Shown: positions 25,866 through 39,034 of the stretch, piece by piece
How positions within the stretch are numbered: the stretch's first letter is position 1
Layout: each line of letters opens with the position of its first letter
Assembly (NCBI GenBank): GCA_034780895.1
Contig: JAUZTB010000127.1
Location: 29,022,144-29,086,143, forward strand
Source: Rhynchobatus australiae
Taxonomy: Eukaryota
DNA: 64,000 bases
Reading direction: 5' to 3'
Translations under genes and position numbers: made by a program
The notes under the pieces: model-generated
What the model saw: the letters and a program-made list of their open reading frames with translations, nothing else
Database searches by the model: none
Told to the model about the DNA's origin: nothing

Positions 25866-26774
25866 GCTGGTTTACCTCATCAATTTAAAATACTTCATTG
25901 AAAATAAGCCCCTCTTCACCCAATCCTAAATCTTTCTTTTCCACCCACACTCTGTTGGACTCTGACCCATTTTGCACTACGTCCCAATGCTTTTCCTGCC
26001 CTTACCATTTGCAGGGGTATGACCCTCATTCAAGCCCATGCACACCAAGCCCTAATCTCTCCTACGTACTGAATGACAATACGGGGAACCAGAAGAACGA
26101 GCAGAGGCGAAACAGAGCAGGAAAAGTTGCAGGAAGTGGGAGGAAGTGGAGGGAGAGATAGGCTCTCAGAGGAAGACATTACTGATCCAGGGTCTGGAGA
26201 CAGGCATTCTCCTACCAGAACTTCAGTGAGGACCCTCACTGACCATCTGGCCCAATTATAAATGCATCCTCAAAGCAAGGCAAGAACCATTTTGCCTGTG
26301 GCTATGATGCCCTTTGTAGAGATCTTTGCCATGCTATGGCTAGAGGTATCTGTACAATTTTGCAATTTTCTGTACTTTGTTGCACTAATGAGGTTATGTA
26401 TCCAAAGAGAACCAACTATTGACATTCTTCCTTCCTCAAAGCAGCAAGAGGAGCAAAGACTTGGCTTTGCAAGGATTGCAAGCTTCCCAATGGCACAGGA
26501 TGCCACGGAGTTTATGCACATCACTTTTTGATGTGTGAACACAGGTACAACATAATGCATTCCAACGCTTTGCATTCTGACACCAGTAATGATGCTTTCA
26601 TTCTGCAGTAACCTGCCATGCCATTTGCATTGGAGCCACAATAACAAACCAAAGGGTGGTAACTGGTAACAAGGGCTACCTAAGAACATGTCTCATAAGC
26701 AATGCACACAGCAAAAGTCTTCCTGCACCATGAACTTTGATAGAGCACATCACTGATTTGATTGAACAATCAGG

Positions 26775-27212
26775 TGTCTTATGAGGACAGGTTGAGCGAG
26801 CTAGGGCTTTTCTCTTTGGAATGAAAGAGAATGAGAGTGACCTGATAGAGGTGTACTAGATGATAAGAGGCATAAATTGTGTGGACAGTCAGAGATTTTT
26901 TCCCAAGGCGAAAATGGGGGATGTCAGAGGTAAGTTTTTTACACAGAGAGTGGTGGGTGCATGGAACGCACTGCTGGCAGAGATTGTGGGGCAAATACAT
27001 TAGGGACATTGAAGAGACTCTTACATAGCCACATGAATGATAGATAAATGGAGGNNNNNNNNNNNNNNNNNNNNNNNNNNNNNNNNNNNNNNNNNNNNNN
27101 NNNNNNNNNNNNNNNNNNNNNNNNNNNNNNNNNNNNNNNNNNNNNNNNNNNNNNNNNNNNGTGGGCTGAAGGGCCTGTACTGTGCTGTAATGTTCTATGC
27201 TCTACGTTCTAA
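26775..27212 (+). mobile_element. Younger CR1 3' fragment spanning a gap
   Basis: tcttatgaggacaggttgagcgagctagggcttttctctttgga..; tail gtgggctgaagggcctgtactgtgctgtaatgttcta. Confidence 0.9.
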
Positions 27213-27349
27213 TGTTTCTACCACCAGAGTGCTCTGAAGGAGCCATCCTGTGTAGGCAGAGTGTATGTCAGTATTTCAGGTGATTTGCATTATGATGCAT
27301 GACCTTGCCATGAGAAGAGAATAACTCCTCTTACTTTTCTCCTGGGCTT

Positions 27350-28230
27350 GAGGATGATCTGTTTTCACTGAAATTCTTTGGGTTCTGAGGTGTTTAAAGA
27401 GTCTCATGTGGGATCTAGTGTCTGCAGTAGCAGCTGGAGCCTGATAGGGTGGTTGGATGGGCTTTTGGATGCTATACATTCCTTCCACTGTTGGCATTTA
27501 ACATTCACATACTACCTTCAGAGAGAGGAGAAATGTTCATTGCCTCTCAGTGCTTCTCCTACTGTTTACCAATAAGATGTTTTTTTTTATTTACAAGACT
27601 GCTTTGCAGACATTCTTGAGAAGAATTCTCTGCCTGCCCAGTCCTAATGGCATTTGGAGTGGAGGGCTTGTTTCAGGAGTCTGGCTTGTGACATGTGGAC
27701 AACTCAGGTCACCAATTGGAGCTGCTTGAGCATGATTGGAGCCAAGGCTGCAGCTTTTGGCCTGGGAGAGGACTCCGATATTGGTACAATTATCCTGTCT
27801 GTGGATTTTATGTCGGGAGTGTTGCTGGTACGTCTCCAGTGTTTTGAGATATCTGCTGTAGGTAGCCTATGCCCACAGGAGGACAGGGATCACTGCTGTA
27901 TTGTGGACAATGGACTCATGTGAGGTTTGATATCTTGGCTTTCAAATGCTATTTTATTCAGGGGGCTGAAGGCTGTGTTGGTGCACCAGAGATATTAATG
28001 GATTCTATCATTCTGCCAAGGCTGAGAGGTGGCTCCTGTGACTTGAGGAATGATTCACATTCATCAGGGCACTCCATGGATCTTGATTGCTGGGGGCAGT
28101 GTTTTCAAATGGGCAGGGTAGTGAAGGACCTTTGTCTTCCAGATATTTGGTTTAAGGTTCATCCTCTTTTATTGCCTAAGTTACAGTGGAGTTCAGGCTT
28201 CAAACGTTCATCAATGTGCAAACTAACTCA
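27350..28230 (-). mobile_element. Degenerate RTE-like LINE
   Basis: Reverse complement of about 28120-28160 resembles the RTE ORF segment L.lNI.KTKVL; shares 3' blocks with 25495-25865. Confidence 0.55.
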
Positions 28231-28362
28231 ATGACTGAGGGTGGACTGAATTTGGTTCTGAAATGGAACCAACAAAAAATGAATAGTTTCACACTAGTTC
28301 TGTAGATTAGCTCCACTCTAGTAAGGAACATTGGAGATGAGGTGAAGTATTGGAGTGAAGGT

Positions 28363-28535
28363 ACACATGCATCTTTAGAGGGAAATGGACAGTCAAGGTT
28401 TCAGGTAAAGACCTTTCATCTGGACTGAAAGACCGACATGTCCATTTCCCTCCACAGATGCTGCCTGACCAGCTGAGTTCCTCCAGCATCTTGTGTGTTG
28501 CTCCAGATTCCAGCATCTGCAGTCTCTTGTGTCTC
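28363..28535 (+). mobile_element. Short hairpin Penelope-derived insertion with 15-bp TSD
   Basis: TSD tattggagtgaaggt at 28348-28362 and 28536-28550; inverted arms gcatctttagagggaaatggaca / tgtccatttccctccacagatgc. Confidence 0.88.
28390..28427 (-). ncRNA. Minimal type I hammerhead ribozyme relic
   Basis: cagtc CAGATGA a aggt cttt acct GAAA cc TT gactg: stems I and II pair, core has substitutions, so probably inactive. Confidence 0.6.
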
Positions 28536-29479
28536 TATTGGAGTGAAGGTGCTTTGCCATGAGTTCACAGCCTTGTCTGTACTGTGATTCGGCCTGTGGT
28601 GGATTCCTGTTGTAAGATTCATGGCAGGCAAGGAGCAAAGTAAAGCAGGGTTTGGAGGTGGGAGAGGAGAAGGGGGAACAGAGAGGAGAAGAGAGAAGTC
28701 AAACTACAAAGCCCTGCTGTGTGGAGTCATCCCTAGACAATTGTTGGTTATCCCAGTAATTACATCAATATAAAAATAAAAGTCAACACAAGGCACAGCA
28801 AATGTTACCAAATCACATTGACCAACTGCCCTTGTCCTCTTGTGCTGGTCTTTAGGTTTCTAAGCAATGGCTGAAGCATGGCTGGTGAGAGGCTATTAAC
28901 TTTCAGTGGAGGATTCAGCTTATGGTGTTTGGGTCTAACTTAAGTCACTTCACTCGAAATAAAGTTCTTAATTTCTCAAAGGCAACTTGCCTTCTTTAAA
29001 TCCAGTCTGTATTGCTAATTGCTTACCAATTTGATCTTGGATTATGGACTGTAAGAGCTCGTCACAACTGATATTAAGTAATGTATTTGTGGTTGTTGAA
29101 TTGAATCATCCTTCCAATCTTGAAAAAAAACCTATTGCAAACTTGATGCTTAAACTACTTTTTTTTAAAGGGATTTGAATATTTTGCAGCTTAGCTTCTG
29201 TACTTTGCATTTAGCACTGATGGTGAATGCCAGAAGGACTCAATGACTCTCAACCTTGACTTTTATTCCTTTAAGTTAATTAAATTAAAGGCTTGACCTT
29301 ATTGTCTGAACAAGTAAAAGATAACCTATCAGTCAGAATTTCAGCAAGCATTGCAGTTCCATCCATAGTTTCTCATAATTGAAATTCCACTTCATTACAA
29401 AGTCAACATGTAAAACAAAAGAGAATATGGGAATTGTAAATGTACCATCTCAGCACATGGTGCTAAAATGGAAATAACA

Positions 29480-30220
29480 CATGGAAAAGTCACAAACAAG
29501 GGGACAAAACTACAAAATAAGGAGCTGGTCATTAAAAATGGTGCGTGTAGAAGTTTCTTCTCTCAGAGGGTAATTGTCACAATGTTGAGCAAAGAGCAAG
29601 CTCACAGAGAACTCAAATGCAGCACACTGGTACAAGACTGGAGTCAGGATANNNNNNNNNNNNNNNNNNNNNNNNNNNNNNNNNNNNNNNNNNNNNNNNN
29701 NNNNNNNNNNNNNNNNNNNNNNNNNNNNNNNNNNNNNNNNNNNNNNNNNNNTGAACTGAATCTTCAAACAGGAATAGAGAACACAGGACTGCTCTAGAGT
29801 AGACCACTCTAAGCAGCCAGGAGCCAAAACATACCCAAAGGTTGATCAATACTCTAGTAACTAGTGCTAGAGAAACCCAGGTACTTATGCTAGGCCCCTG
29901 ATGGGGCTCAGGTGTGTGTCGTTAAGCAATCAGTCCAGCATGGAATCCATGTGCTGTACCACAAGGCATCTAAGGGGCCAAATCAAGGGCCAGTGCTCAG
30001 AACCATGACAGTAATGATTCTTGGGATATCTCTGTCCAGAAGGGTGGTGGACACCAGATCATCAGATATATTTAAGGCGGAGGTAGATAAATAATCAAAA
30101 GATCAAGGAATTGAGGGCCATGAGGAACTGGCATCGAAGAGGAGTTGAGGCCGACCTAGATCAGCTATGATCATATTAAATGGCCGGCCCAGTCTGGTGG
30201 CTTGCTCCTGCTTCTACTTT
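29480..30220 (+). mobile_element. CR1 3' fragment interrupted by a solo LTR
   Basis: ttcttctctcagagggtaat | gattcttgggatatctctgtccagaagggtggtgg..atttaaggcggaggtagata rejoins into continuous CR1 sequence. Confidence 0.8.
29575..30010 (-). mobile_element. Solo LTR, copy 2, inverted relative to copy 1
   Basis: Termini TGTCA..TGACA; perfect 5-bp TSD gtaat (29570-29574 and 30011-30015); reverse-complement homology to 12876-13264. Confidence 0.88.
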
Positions 30221-31729
30221 GCTGTGGATTTTCTAATTCTTTCCCTCCCAAGTAATAGAATTTGACAAATATTTTTTAAATGAGTCAAACTTTTTAACTT
30301 CTAATCATTTGTCATAGAACTTGTTTAATCAAAATGAACTGAGTTTGAAGCAATTATACACATTTCCAGTGCAGAACAAAATGAAGCTTAAAACAGAAAT
30401 TTAGATAAAACCTCACCTTCCGTACATGATTGAACACTAATTTCCAGTCTGTTGTTACAAGCTCACAGCAAATGTACCACATATTATTGCCTCCATGTAT
30501 TATTATTGCATGCATGAGTGTACCTTTATGATATTACTTATTAATTGCCTTCAGCGTTCAAATTCTATAGAATTCAATGATGACCAGCAAGGCAGGGATT
30601 TTAGTGAAACCCTTCCCCTGCCACTGGATTCCACGTTCAGGAAAGGGGAAATTGTTAGGATTCAATCTACCCAAACCAGAAACCTCAACATTATTCACAT
30701 TGATAGTATACTATTTTCAAGTAAGCGTAGGTGAAGATAACCTTGGTCTAATCTTGCTCTATGACACACATACACTCTGGACTGGTGACTTTTGTGATAG
30801 ATACCTAGGACCCCAAAGCAGAAATAGAAGATGTGGTACTGAGTTGTATCCCACCATATTTTTGTGTGCAGAACCTGAATGTGCACTGTACAATTATGTT
30901 GCATGTTGTGTGATATTTGTTTAAAAATATTTGTTTAAAAATTTATATGATGATTAAAATATTTCCTTAATGATAAGGCATATTTATACCTCTTTGCCTT
31001 GCATTATTTCATTTGCATCTGTAGCCTCATTTACACACTGAATGACAGGAAGTTCACACTTTTTTTATAATTATTGAGGAAACACAGAGAATGATCAGGC
31101 GAACATCAAAGTTCCCTTTTCCTTTAAGTATTTGAGTATTTATAGTATTCTTAGCAATTTACTTTTCTTTTTCATTTTAGATGAATGGCTTTACCAAACA
31201 AGCTCTTTGCAAGTGTGGTTTCCAATGTATCAGATGACTTCTACAGAGTATTTCAGGCTTTTTTCTCCAGACTAAGAATGATTCCATTCCTCACATTTAT
31301 CTCAGTTGTCTTGTAAATCAATTAGAAGTGAATTGCTACTCGTAGTTTAATTCCAGCTGGCTTCATACTGATGCTGTCTATATTTCTGCAGCCATCATTT
31401 AGGAGTGGTTTGAACTGAGCAATAGTTACACTGGAATTTTAATAGAGGATGTATTATCTTTAAGCTGAAAGCCTGTGAAAGTCGTTACAGCTGGGAGGAA
31501 GACCTCATAGAACTGACAAACCACAACACAGAGTGATGACTCTTTTGGGAGTCCCCACTGCAGCATTCCCAATTTTGCTTGAATTGTTTTGGGGGCACTG
31601 AGGGGAGTTAAGATATTTTCTCAGAAGGTTGAAGGGCCTGAAAGCAAATTCAGTACATCATTCTCATACAGCTATGAGTATTAAAGGAAGGGTCTGAACT
31701 TCTTGTGGTGCCTTTTTTATTTCCTTAGG

Positions 31730-31785
31730 ACGGTCCAAGATTCGATCACGGTCCAAGATTCGATCACGGTCCAAGATTCGAACAC
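31730..31785 (+). repeat. 18-bp tandem repeat x3
   Basis: (acggtccaagattcgatc)3 with one mismatch in the last unit. Confidence 0.95.
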
Positions 31786-32249
31786 ATAAGAAATTGCTGA
31801 GGAAGGGAGCGTGCACATTGTCCTGTGTTCCTGCACATTCCACTCAGATTTAATCACTCAAATCAGTAGCTTGAGGCTACATGCACATTGTGAGATAATC
31901 ACGAGGATCTTTAGTGAATGGGCTCTCACAGTACTTGCACTGTCCTCTTCTCTGCTTCAATGAGTTCATGCGACATTGTTATTAAATAACCAGCTCAATA
32001 CATACATCTTGCTTATTTTTGTGCTAGATAATGGCAGGAAGTTCACATGAGAATCGTTATGTTTACCTGCTATAAATCTCCTACACTTTAGCTTCTTGTG
32101 GGCACAGATTTTAGTTCTTTATCTGAACAGTCTGCATATTTCAGGATTATACTCCATTTAAAAACTATTTTTACTGACAACATAAATATCTGCCCTGTGT
32201 TGGGTTGGCTGATCTCAGCTGAGGCAAACATGGGATGTTACTGGACTGC

Positions 32250-32606
32250 AGTCATGGAGGTGTATAAAACCAGGAGGGGCATAGATGGGGTGAATGCGCA
32301 CAGTCTTTTTCCCAGGGTTGGGGAATCAAGAACTAGAGGGCATAGGTTTAAGGTGAGAGGGGGGAAAGATTTAATAGGAGCCTGAGGGTGATACCTATAT
32401 GGAAGGAGCTGCCAGAGGAAATGATTGAGGGAGGTACAATAATAACATATAAAGGACATTTGGGCAGATATGTGGAGAGGAAAGGTTTAGAGGGGTGTGG
32501 GTCAAATGCTGGCAGATATGACTAGGTTAGATGGGTATTTTGGCTGGCATGGATGAGTTGGGCTCAAGGGCCTGTTTCCGTACTGCATTACTCCATGAAT
32601 CTATGA
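32250..32606 (+). mobile_element. CR1 3' end
   Basis: MEVYKTRRGIDGVNAHSLFPRVGESRTRGHRFKVRG plus tail gggcctgtttccgtactgcattactccatga. Confidence 0.92.
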
Positions 32607-32699
32607 ACTGGGCCAGGCATTGCGAAGGAGAAGAAGAGGCAGACCCTGCCTCTCATTGTCAGAATTTAATATCAGATGATGGAAGTACTCAGTAGTCCG

Positions 32700-33270
32700 G
32701 CAGTATTAGTGGGGAGAGAAGCAGAGTCAAAGTTTCAGATCAAGAACTCTTCGTCTGAACTTCATGAGAAAACAGACATGTTGCATAGAGGGAGAAAGGT
32801 GGATATACCAGCAGGAATGTATGTGATAGAATGCAAAACAAAGTTGTCAAGATTTAAGGATGAAAATTGGATTTAAGGACAAGATTTAAGGACAAAAAGA
32901 GAAGAAAAAAATTACCACAGAGAAGCAGAGCCACATCTATAGAGATTGTTAAATCCAAAATTAGGTCCTGGCTGAAATTTACCCAGACAGAAAATGAGAT
33001 GCTGTTCCTCAAGCTTATGTTGGGATCATTGGAGTAGTGTGGAAAGTTGGAGGCAGAGGTCAACATGGGAGTGGGGTAGAGGGATAAAGTGACAGGCAAC
33101 TGGAAGCTCAGGGTTACTCTTACAGACTGAATGGAGGTGTTCTGCAGAGTAATCACCTGATCTGTGTTTTACTTCTCCACTATAAAGAAGATCACATCAT
33201 CAACACCAAATGTAAAACTGAATTGCTACTTCACCTGGAAGGACTGTTGGGGTCTCTGGATGGCGAGAAC
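32700..33270 (-). mobile_element. Penelope-like element remnant (GIY-YIG region and 3' end)
   Basis: Minus strand reads approximately CDLLYSGEVKHRSGDYSAEHLHSVCKSNPELPVACHF..QHKLEEQHLIFCLG. Confidence 0.8.
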
Positions 33271-33651
33271 AGGAAGGATAAAAGAGTAGGTGTTGAGGAC
33301 AGAAGATCAGGTAGCGACTCGGAAAAGATGAGTGGAGTCGATGGAGAAGTTGTTCAATGCAAGGACAAGTGCATTCCTGTGTGTGTGCGTGTGCCTGTGC
33401 ATGTGCACGTGTGTAGGCTGAACTGTGATTTCTTCATGCTGCCCATTTTTACCGTCTTCACTCCTACATCAAAAATGATGACACAGGTGAGATACCCCAG
33501 ACATGTCACAATCAAGTATGAGTCATTACCTTTGGAAAATTTAGGGGCAAAGGAGCAATAATTCCTCATACCCACTCCACTGAGGAGAGGAATTATAAAA
33601 TAAAAGGGGCACATAATTAAATTCAGCCTCAACTCTGAACATTGTAAATAT

Positions 33652-33906
33652 TTTAATTTTTTTTTAAATTTTATTTACAGTGTGGTAACAGGCCCTTCTG
33701 GCCCAACAAGTCCGCGTCGCCCATTTTAAACCCCAAATTAACCTACCTGTACATTTTCAGAATGTGGGAGGAAACTGGAGCACCCGGAGGAAACCCACGC
33801 AGACACGGAACAACGTACTAACTCCTTACAGGCAGCGACAGGAATTGAACCCCGATCGCTGGCGCTGTAATAATGTTGCGCTAACCACTACGCTACCGTG
33901 CCACCC
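33652..33906 (-). mobile_element. V-SINE (HE1-related), relatively young
   Basis: tRNA-like head gggtggcacggtagcgtagtggttagcgc..ggggttcaattcc; V core gtgggtttcctccgggtgctccagtttcctcccaca; A-rich tail; many CpGs retained. Confidence 0.92.
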
Positions 33907-34209
33907 AAATATATTTTGCAATCCTAAAGTATTATGGTTTCTCTTGTTTTCCAGCGTCACTTTTCCCTGTTTTAGATCTTGCCACTTGTGAGCATTATTC
34001 AATAAATTCCTAACCATAACTGAGGCAACAGGTGAATCATGAGTGGTGATGCAGGAATGGATGGAAACCTGGAGGCTGAATGTGGTCAAAGTAGCCTAGA
34101 ATAAGTTGAAATAAATCAAGATCTTTAGTAGCCTCAATGCTAAACATGTCCACATAACAAAGAGCAGCAAGGGCTGTTCAACTGCACAGCCAAAACAGCA
34201 TCTGAAGAG

Positions 34210-34690
34210 AAAATAATCAAGCTTGATCATGCCCTTGCCAGACTGCAGTTAGAATACTGCAGTTAGAATCCAGTTCTTGTAAACAGAGAGTGAGACATCA
34301 CTTAATGGAAACAGTGCATGGGAAAACCACGAGACTATGGTAGCCCTTAGGGAGAGTCTGGAGAAACATGGACTTCTGGGTCTTGAAAATTTTGAAAGGG
34401 AAGTAACTGCGATTCTACACAGTTTTAACATACTATGGATGGTACAGAAAATGGAGAATAAGAAATCAAAGTGTCAGACTAGAGAAGGGGACATTCACTA
34501 ATGGTGCAGGAAAATTCATCATAGAAAGAATGATTGATACATGGAATAAACATTCAGATACAAAGATGGAGGAAAACATCTTCGAACAGTGCAAGGAGAA
34601 AATTGGATGCTGCAATGGAATGCAATAAGGATCACTTCTGTTGGATAGTTAAAGTGAGCTAAATGGGCTTTCTCTTTCCTATCTTCTTTA
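34210..34690 (+). mobile_element. Old CR1-like fragment
   Basis: ttagaatactgcagttagaatcc..ctggagaaacatggactt..atggaataaac.. degenerate CR1 pattern. Confidence 0.5.
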
Positions 34691-36298
34691 TGATTCAAGC
34701 AAGAACATTCTGCCCACTCTCACAGATGGAGAATGGTATTGTGTGGGAAGAGTTTTAAAACTAAAACATATATAATTTAAAACTTAGGTTAAGTTATGGA
34801 CCTGCACATGAAATGGTAAGTCTGGTCTCCAGAATTGTCCAGACGTAATTTACCAAGCTCAGTTATACTGAAGCAAGGAGATGCCATTTTAACGTTGATG
34901 ATAACCCTAAAGGTAGTTGCCCCAACTTTGTAACGGTCAGCTTCAGAACAGGAGCAACAGTCGGTCTTACACTCTGTGGGAATACTGAAACTTGGTAGGA
35001 GAAAACATCTTAAAGTGTCTTTGAAAACTGGGCCTTACGTTATGAGAGAGGAATTAAAGTGAGAAGTAATACATAAATAAAATGGCATCCCACTGACAAT
35101 CAGCAGTGAACTCCAAAGTTGATTCAACACCCAAAATGGTCCAAATTGGGTCAATTTAGCTGTTCTGAAAGTGATGACCATGGAAAGCATCTAATTAGAA
35201 GCTATGTTTTACTGACTGCCCAAAATGTTTCAGTGTGAGAAATAATGGCTCACTCAGCTGTTTAAACAACTCAAAATGCTTCAAGATTCAAAAGAGTAAA
35301 TTATCCTCCTCCACCTTGAGCTAAACTAGTTACTTTCATTGGGAAGTTACTATTTCAGGGGTGTATATTTAGATAAGGGAAACATCTTCATCCTTCTCTT
35401 GGTTAAACCATGCGAGTGAATATTGAACAGTTCTTGAGGTCTGAGATTTGTAATGTGCACAGGACATTGAAATGTTTAGTTTATAATATGCATAAGACAC
35501 TGACATCTAGAAGTACACTACAAAACAAAACCATGTTATTCCTTTCATCTTTCATGCAAGATCATCACGCCAAATTAAATTTTCATCGTAACGCATATCA
35601 TTCATAGCATTTTACAAAGTTGCAACATACCACATAATGGAAGCTAATGTTACTTCAGAGCTTCCTATATAATCATGATCCTCGCCTCATAATTAGCCAT
35701 TGGAAAAGAAAGAATGTGTATGCATTACATAAGATAAAAGCTTAACACAAGCAGGAATACGATCACTGGGTTCTAATAGCTTTGTAAAAGCTTTAGCTTC
35801 AATCTTGTGGTTCCTGACATCATCTGGATCATTGGACTCTGCTCCTGGTGTGCAACTTACTCCCAGCAGCTGCTATTTTGTGCATGTATTTATGAAATAT
35901 ATATTGCTGCTTATACATGGAAGTTTTTTTTAAGTTATCTACTCTTATCTTTATGTGCCAGGTGTGCTGACTGTGACTAGAGCTTGAAGCGATATAGTGT
36001 AAAACAAAAAGGTTTTGCTGGCTGAGTATGAACATTTGACCTGAAGCTGTGTCAGCTTTTCACATGACAGGTTCCGAAGTGCTAAAACTTTTTTTTTTAC
36101 AGAAGTGATTTACTGGTTTATGAAATGCTTCTGCCAGATAGTATTCTATAAAGGGTAATGGACACCCGCAAGTTAATCATGGAATTTTGGAACCACAGAA
36201 ACGTCATAAACCATGGGAGCAGAGTTTGTTCTGGTCATCTGGACCTTGAACTGGATTTATGCTCAGTATTTACTTCCATGTGTCTGTTATTATTTATA

Positions 36299-36328
36299 AT
36301 ATGTACCAGATAGTTATCTGGTACATAT
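36299..36328. repeat. Perfect 14-bp inverted repeat with 2-nt spacer
   Basis: atatgtaccagata gt tatctggtacatat. Confidence 0.95.
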
Positions 36329-39034
36329 GTTTTCTGTACCTTACCATTGTCCCAGTTGTTGCTTTATTGAAAGTGGAAATTTTCCAGTTGTGATTGAACA
36401 TGAATGAGGCATCATATGATGTCAAGGAGCATAATTCATTTCATAGCACCTCATTTTAAGGGACGTTGGAACACAATTCAGGGCAGCTGCTTTACAATTT
36501 CCCTTCACTTTTCCTGTAAGACTGGAGAAAAAAAAATGATTGGAAATGATGGAGGGTGGCAAGCGTGTGAAGATGAAACTCCAGATGATCTTTGCCTCCA
36601 GTACTGCCTTAGCTGAGATTATTTATCATGGCAAAGACTAGGATTAAATCCATGCTTTTTCTGGCCTGTATAAATCAGTACAATGTACCATATGCCCACA
36701 TAATATTTAGCTTTAGTCCTGTTTATTAAACAATACAAAATATACCAAGACACTGTGGTGAATTTCTGGTAAGAATGAGCTCCATAGAAAGAGCATTTAA
36801 AATTGCTTTTTAACCAACTATATAGCATTGCCTCCAAACTACTCAATCACTTTGTGCACACCCGCTGATTGCGCATCTATTCTGCTCATAGTTTCCTGGA
36901 AGGATGTTGACAAGCACAGGCTGCAAAGACAATTAGTTTCCGTTCTATAAACCTGTTTATGAGCATTGAAAACAAGCCAATGAATTTCTATTATGTGAGC
37001 TTTCCTGATAGTCAAATAACATTTCTGGCAAAGAAGTCATTAAATAAGCTGGGACTGAACAGGGTCCAATAAGCATTTCAGCACCTAATCAACAATGTAA
37101 GCTCACCATGGCATTTGAACACAAAAGCATATTGAAATCCTCTGTTAATGTACAGTTACTTTGCAAACACACAGTAATGATTGGAGATGTTATTAATAAG
37201 ATTGATTGCATTATTCATATAGGAGAAAAGAGTGGGTATATTGCAAACCATAATGAGNNNNNNNNNNNNNNNNNNNNNNNNNNNNNNNNNNNNNNNNNNN
37301 NNNNNNNNNNNNNNNNNNNNNNNNNNNNNNNNNNNNNNNNNNNNNNNNNNNNNNTCCAGCTTAACATGAATATGGCTTTGTCACAGCATTTTGTGTCAAA
37401 CCTAAATGTTTGCTTATGGGGAGGAGTGTGAGATCATTCACAGAGGTCAGGAGTGCCCATTTGGGTACAATTATGATTTCCCCTTTGGTTAGCGATCAAT
37501 CAATAACATCAACAAAGACTTATAAAGCTCCTTTAGCAAAATAAAACACCTTAAGATACTTCTTAAGAATGTTACCAACTGAAAGATGAGAACTTTTGTT
37601 ACAGAAGCAGGCTTCAGAGAGGTGGAGTGGTTCTTAGCAGCTGAAGGTACAGCAGGCAGACGGGGAGCCATAGAAACTCAGAATATACAAGAGGCAAGAA
37701 CTGGAGAACTACAGAGATCTGGAACAATTTGGCAGGTTTCACTCAGTCTGTATGGGACCTTGTTTTCTCCTCACTCAAATCAAGGTACAGCTGCCTGTAT
37801 TTGAATCCAAAAACACCTGGAACAAAACAAATATGGAACCGGCTAATGATTCCTGATTAGGTCATATAAAAGGATATTTTTAAAGCTGAGCATGGGATGG
37901 ATGTGCTGCAGAGAAAACATTAAAATTGGAATACAAGGCTGATGAATTTGATGCATTCAAAAATTGCTTTTATGTTATGGTATAATAGTAACCATATGCC
38001 ACCTTAGTTGAAATATTTACTAAATATTTCCCATTGGAGGTACCTGCTAACTGCTAATGCATTCTTCATTTCCTTTTATCTTGTCTAATCTGTATGGTCC
38101 CCGTATTTCCTACACCTCCTGTGATTATGCCAGTCAGCTATCATTAAACCATTCTTTGTTTCCTGCAGTGCTTTTCTCATCTATATTTTTTGTGCTTCTT
38201 TCTTCTTTGTTTAATTGTGCCAGGCACCCAAGCCTACACAAGAGTGACCACCAGTTCACAACCTGAAAGTCCTCATCTCTCTGCAGAGTAGCAGTCTCTG
38301 TTGTAATGTAGAAAATGCAATAACCAATTTGAACACCATATGTTTCCACAAAGAGCACTAAAACTAATACTGTAACATATTGTAGACTCTTATTAAGGAT
38401 AAGTGCTGGGACACCTGGAAAACTCTCACCAAGACACCTGTATGGTTCATTCAAAATCCATCTGAAAGTTTACACCTCCAAAATGCAAGCCAGGTTATGT
38501 ACACAAAGCCCTGATATGGGACTCAATCTTCTGCAAGAAAGCTACCACTGAGCTAAGCCTAACAGCTCAGAGAGAGTGTAGGAAATGTTGGAAACGATAG
38601 AGTGTGCTTGCGACAGCAAAGGCATATTTCTGAAGCAAAAGTTAAGGCACATTGAGATAAATGTTCCATAGGATAGATGAAAGGGAATTTTATCTGAGAA
38701 ATATAGTCAACACCTGGCCTCTCTGTGTTCCAGAATTAACACCCTACTACCAGTGTTGGTGGGAGCCTGCTTTCAAGCTATGAACAAGTTTGTGGAAATG
38801 CAGTATTTGTTCAGCATTGGGCTGACCATCCAAAAGTAATGCAATTGGAGCCATCGTATTTTAACCCAAGTACATTCTTAGGTTCTGCTGAGCTGTACCA
38901 AAAAATGATGAAGGATTACGATTCCACCCACACCAGTAAAGGTTCCAAACATTTACTATATCTATTTTTAGGCCGTATCCAATGTGTATGGAATTTTCTG
39001 TGTTTGTTTAACTATTACATTATGTGGATCAGAA

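Noticed and set aside
30555-30726. Open AG..GTAAG-bounded segment (RSNSIEFNDDQQGRDFSETLPLP..)
   Set aside because: No recognisable protein similarity and no partner exons
31730-31785. CRISPR-like repeat
   Set aside because: No spacers, no cas genes, vertebrate context
33830-33906. tRNA-like A and B boxes
   Set aside because: It is the head of a V-SINE, followed by the V core and tail
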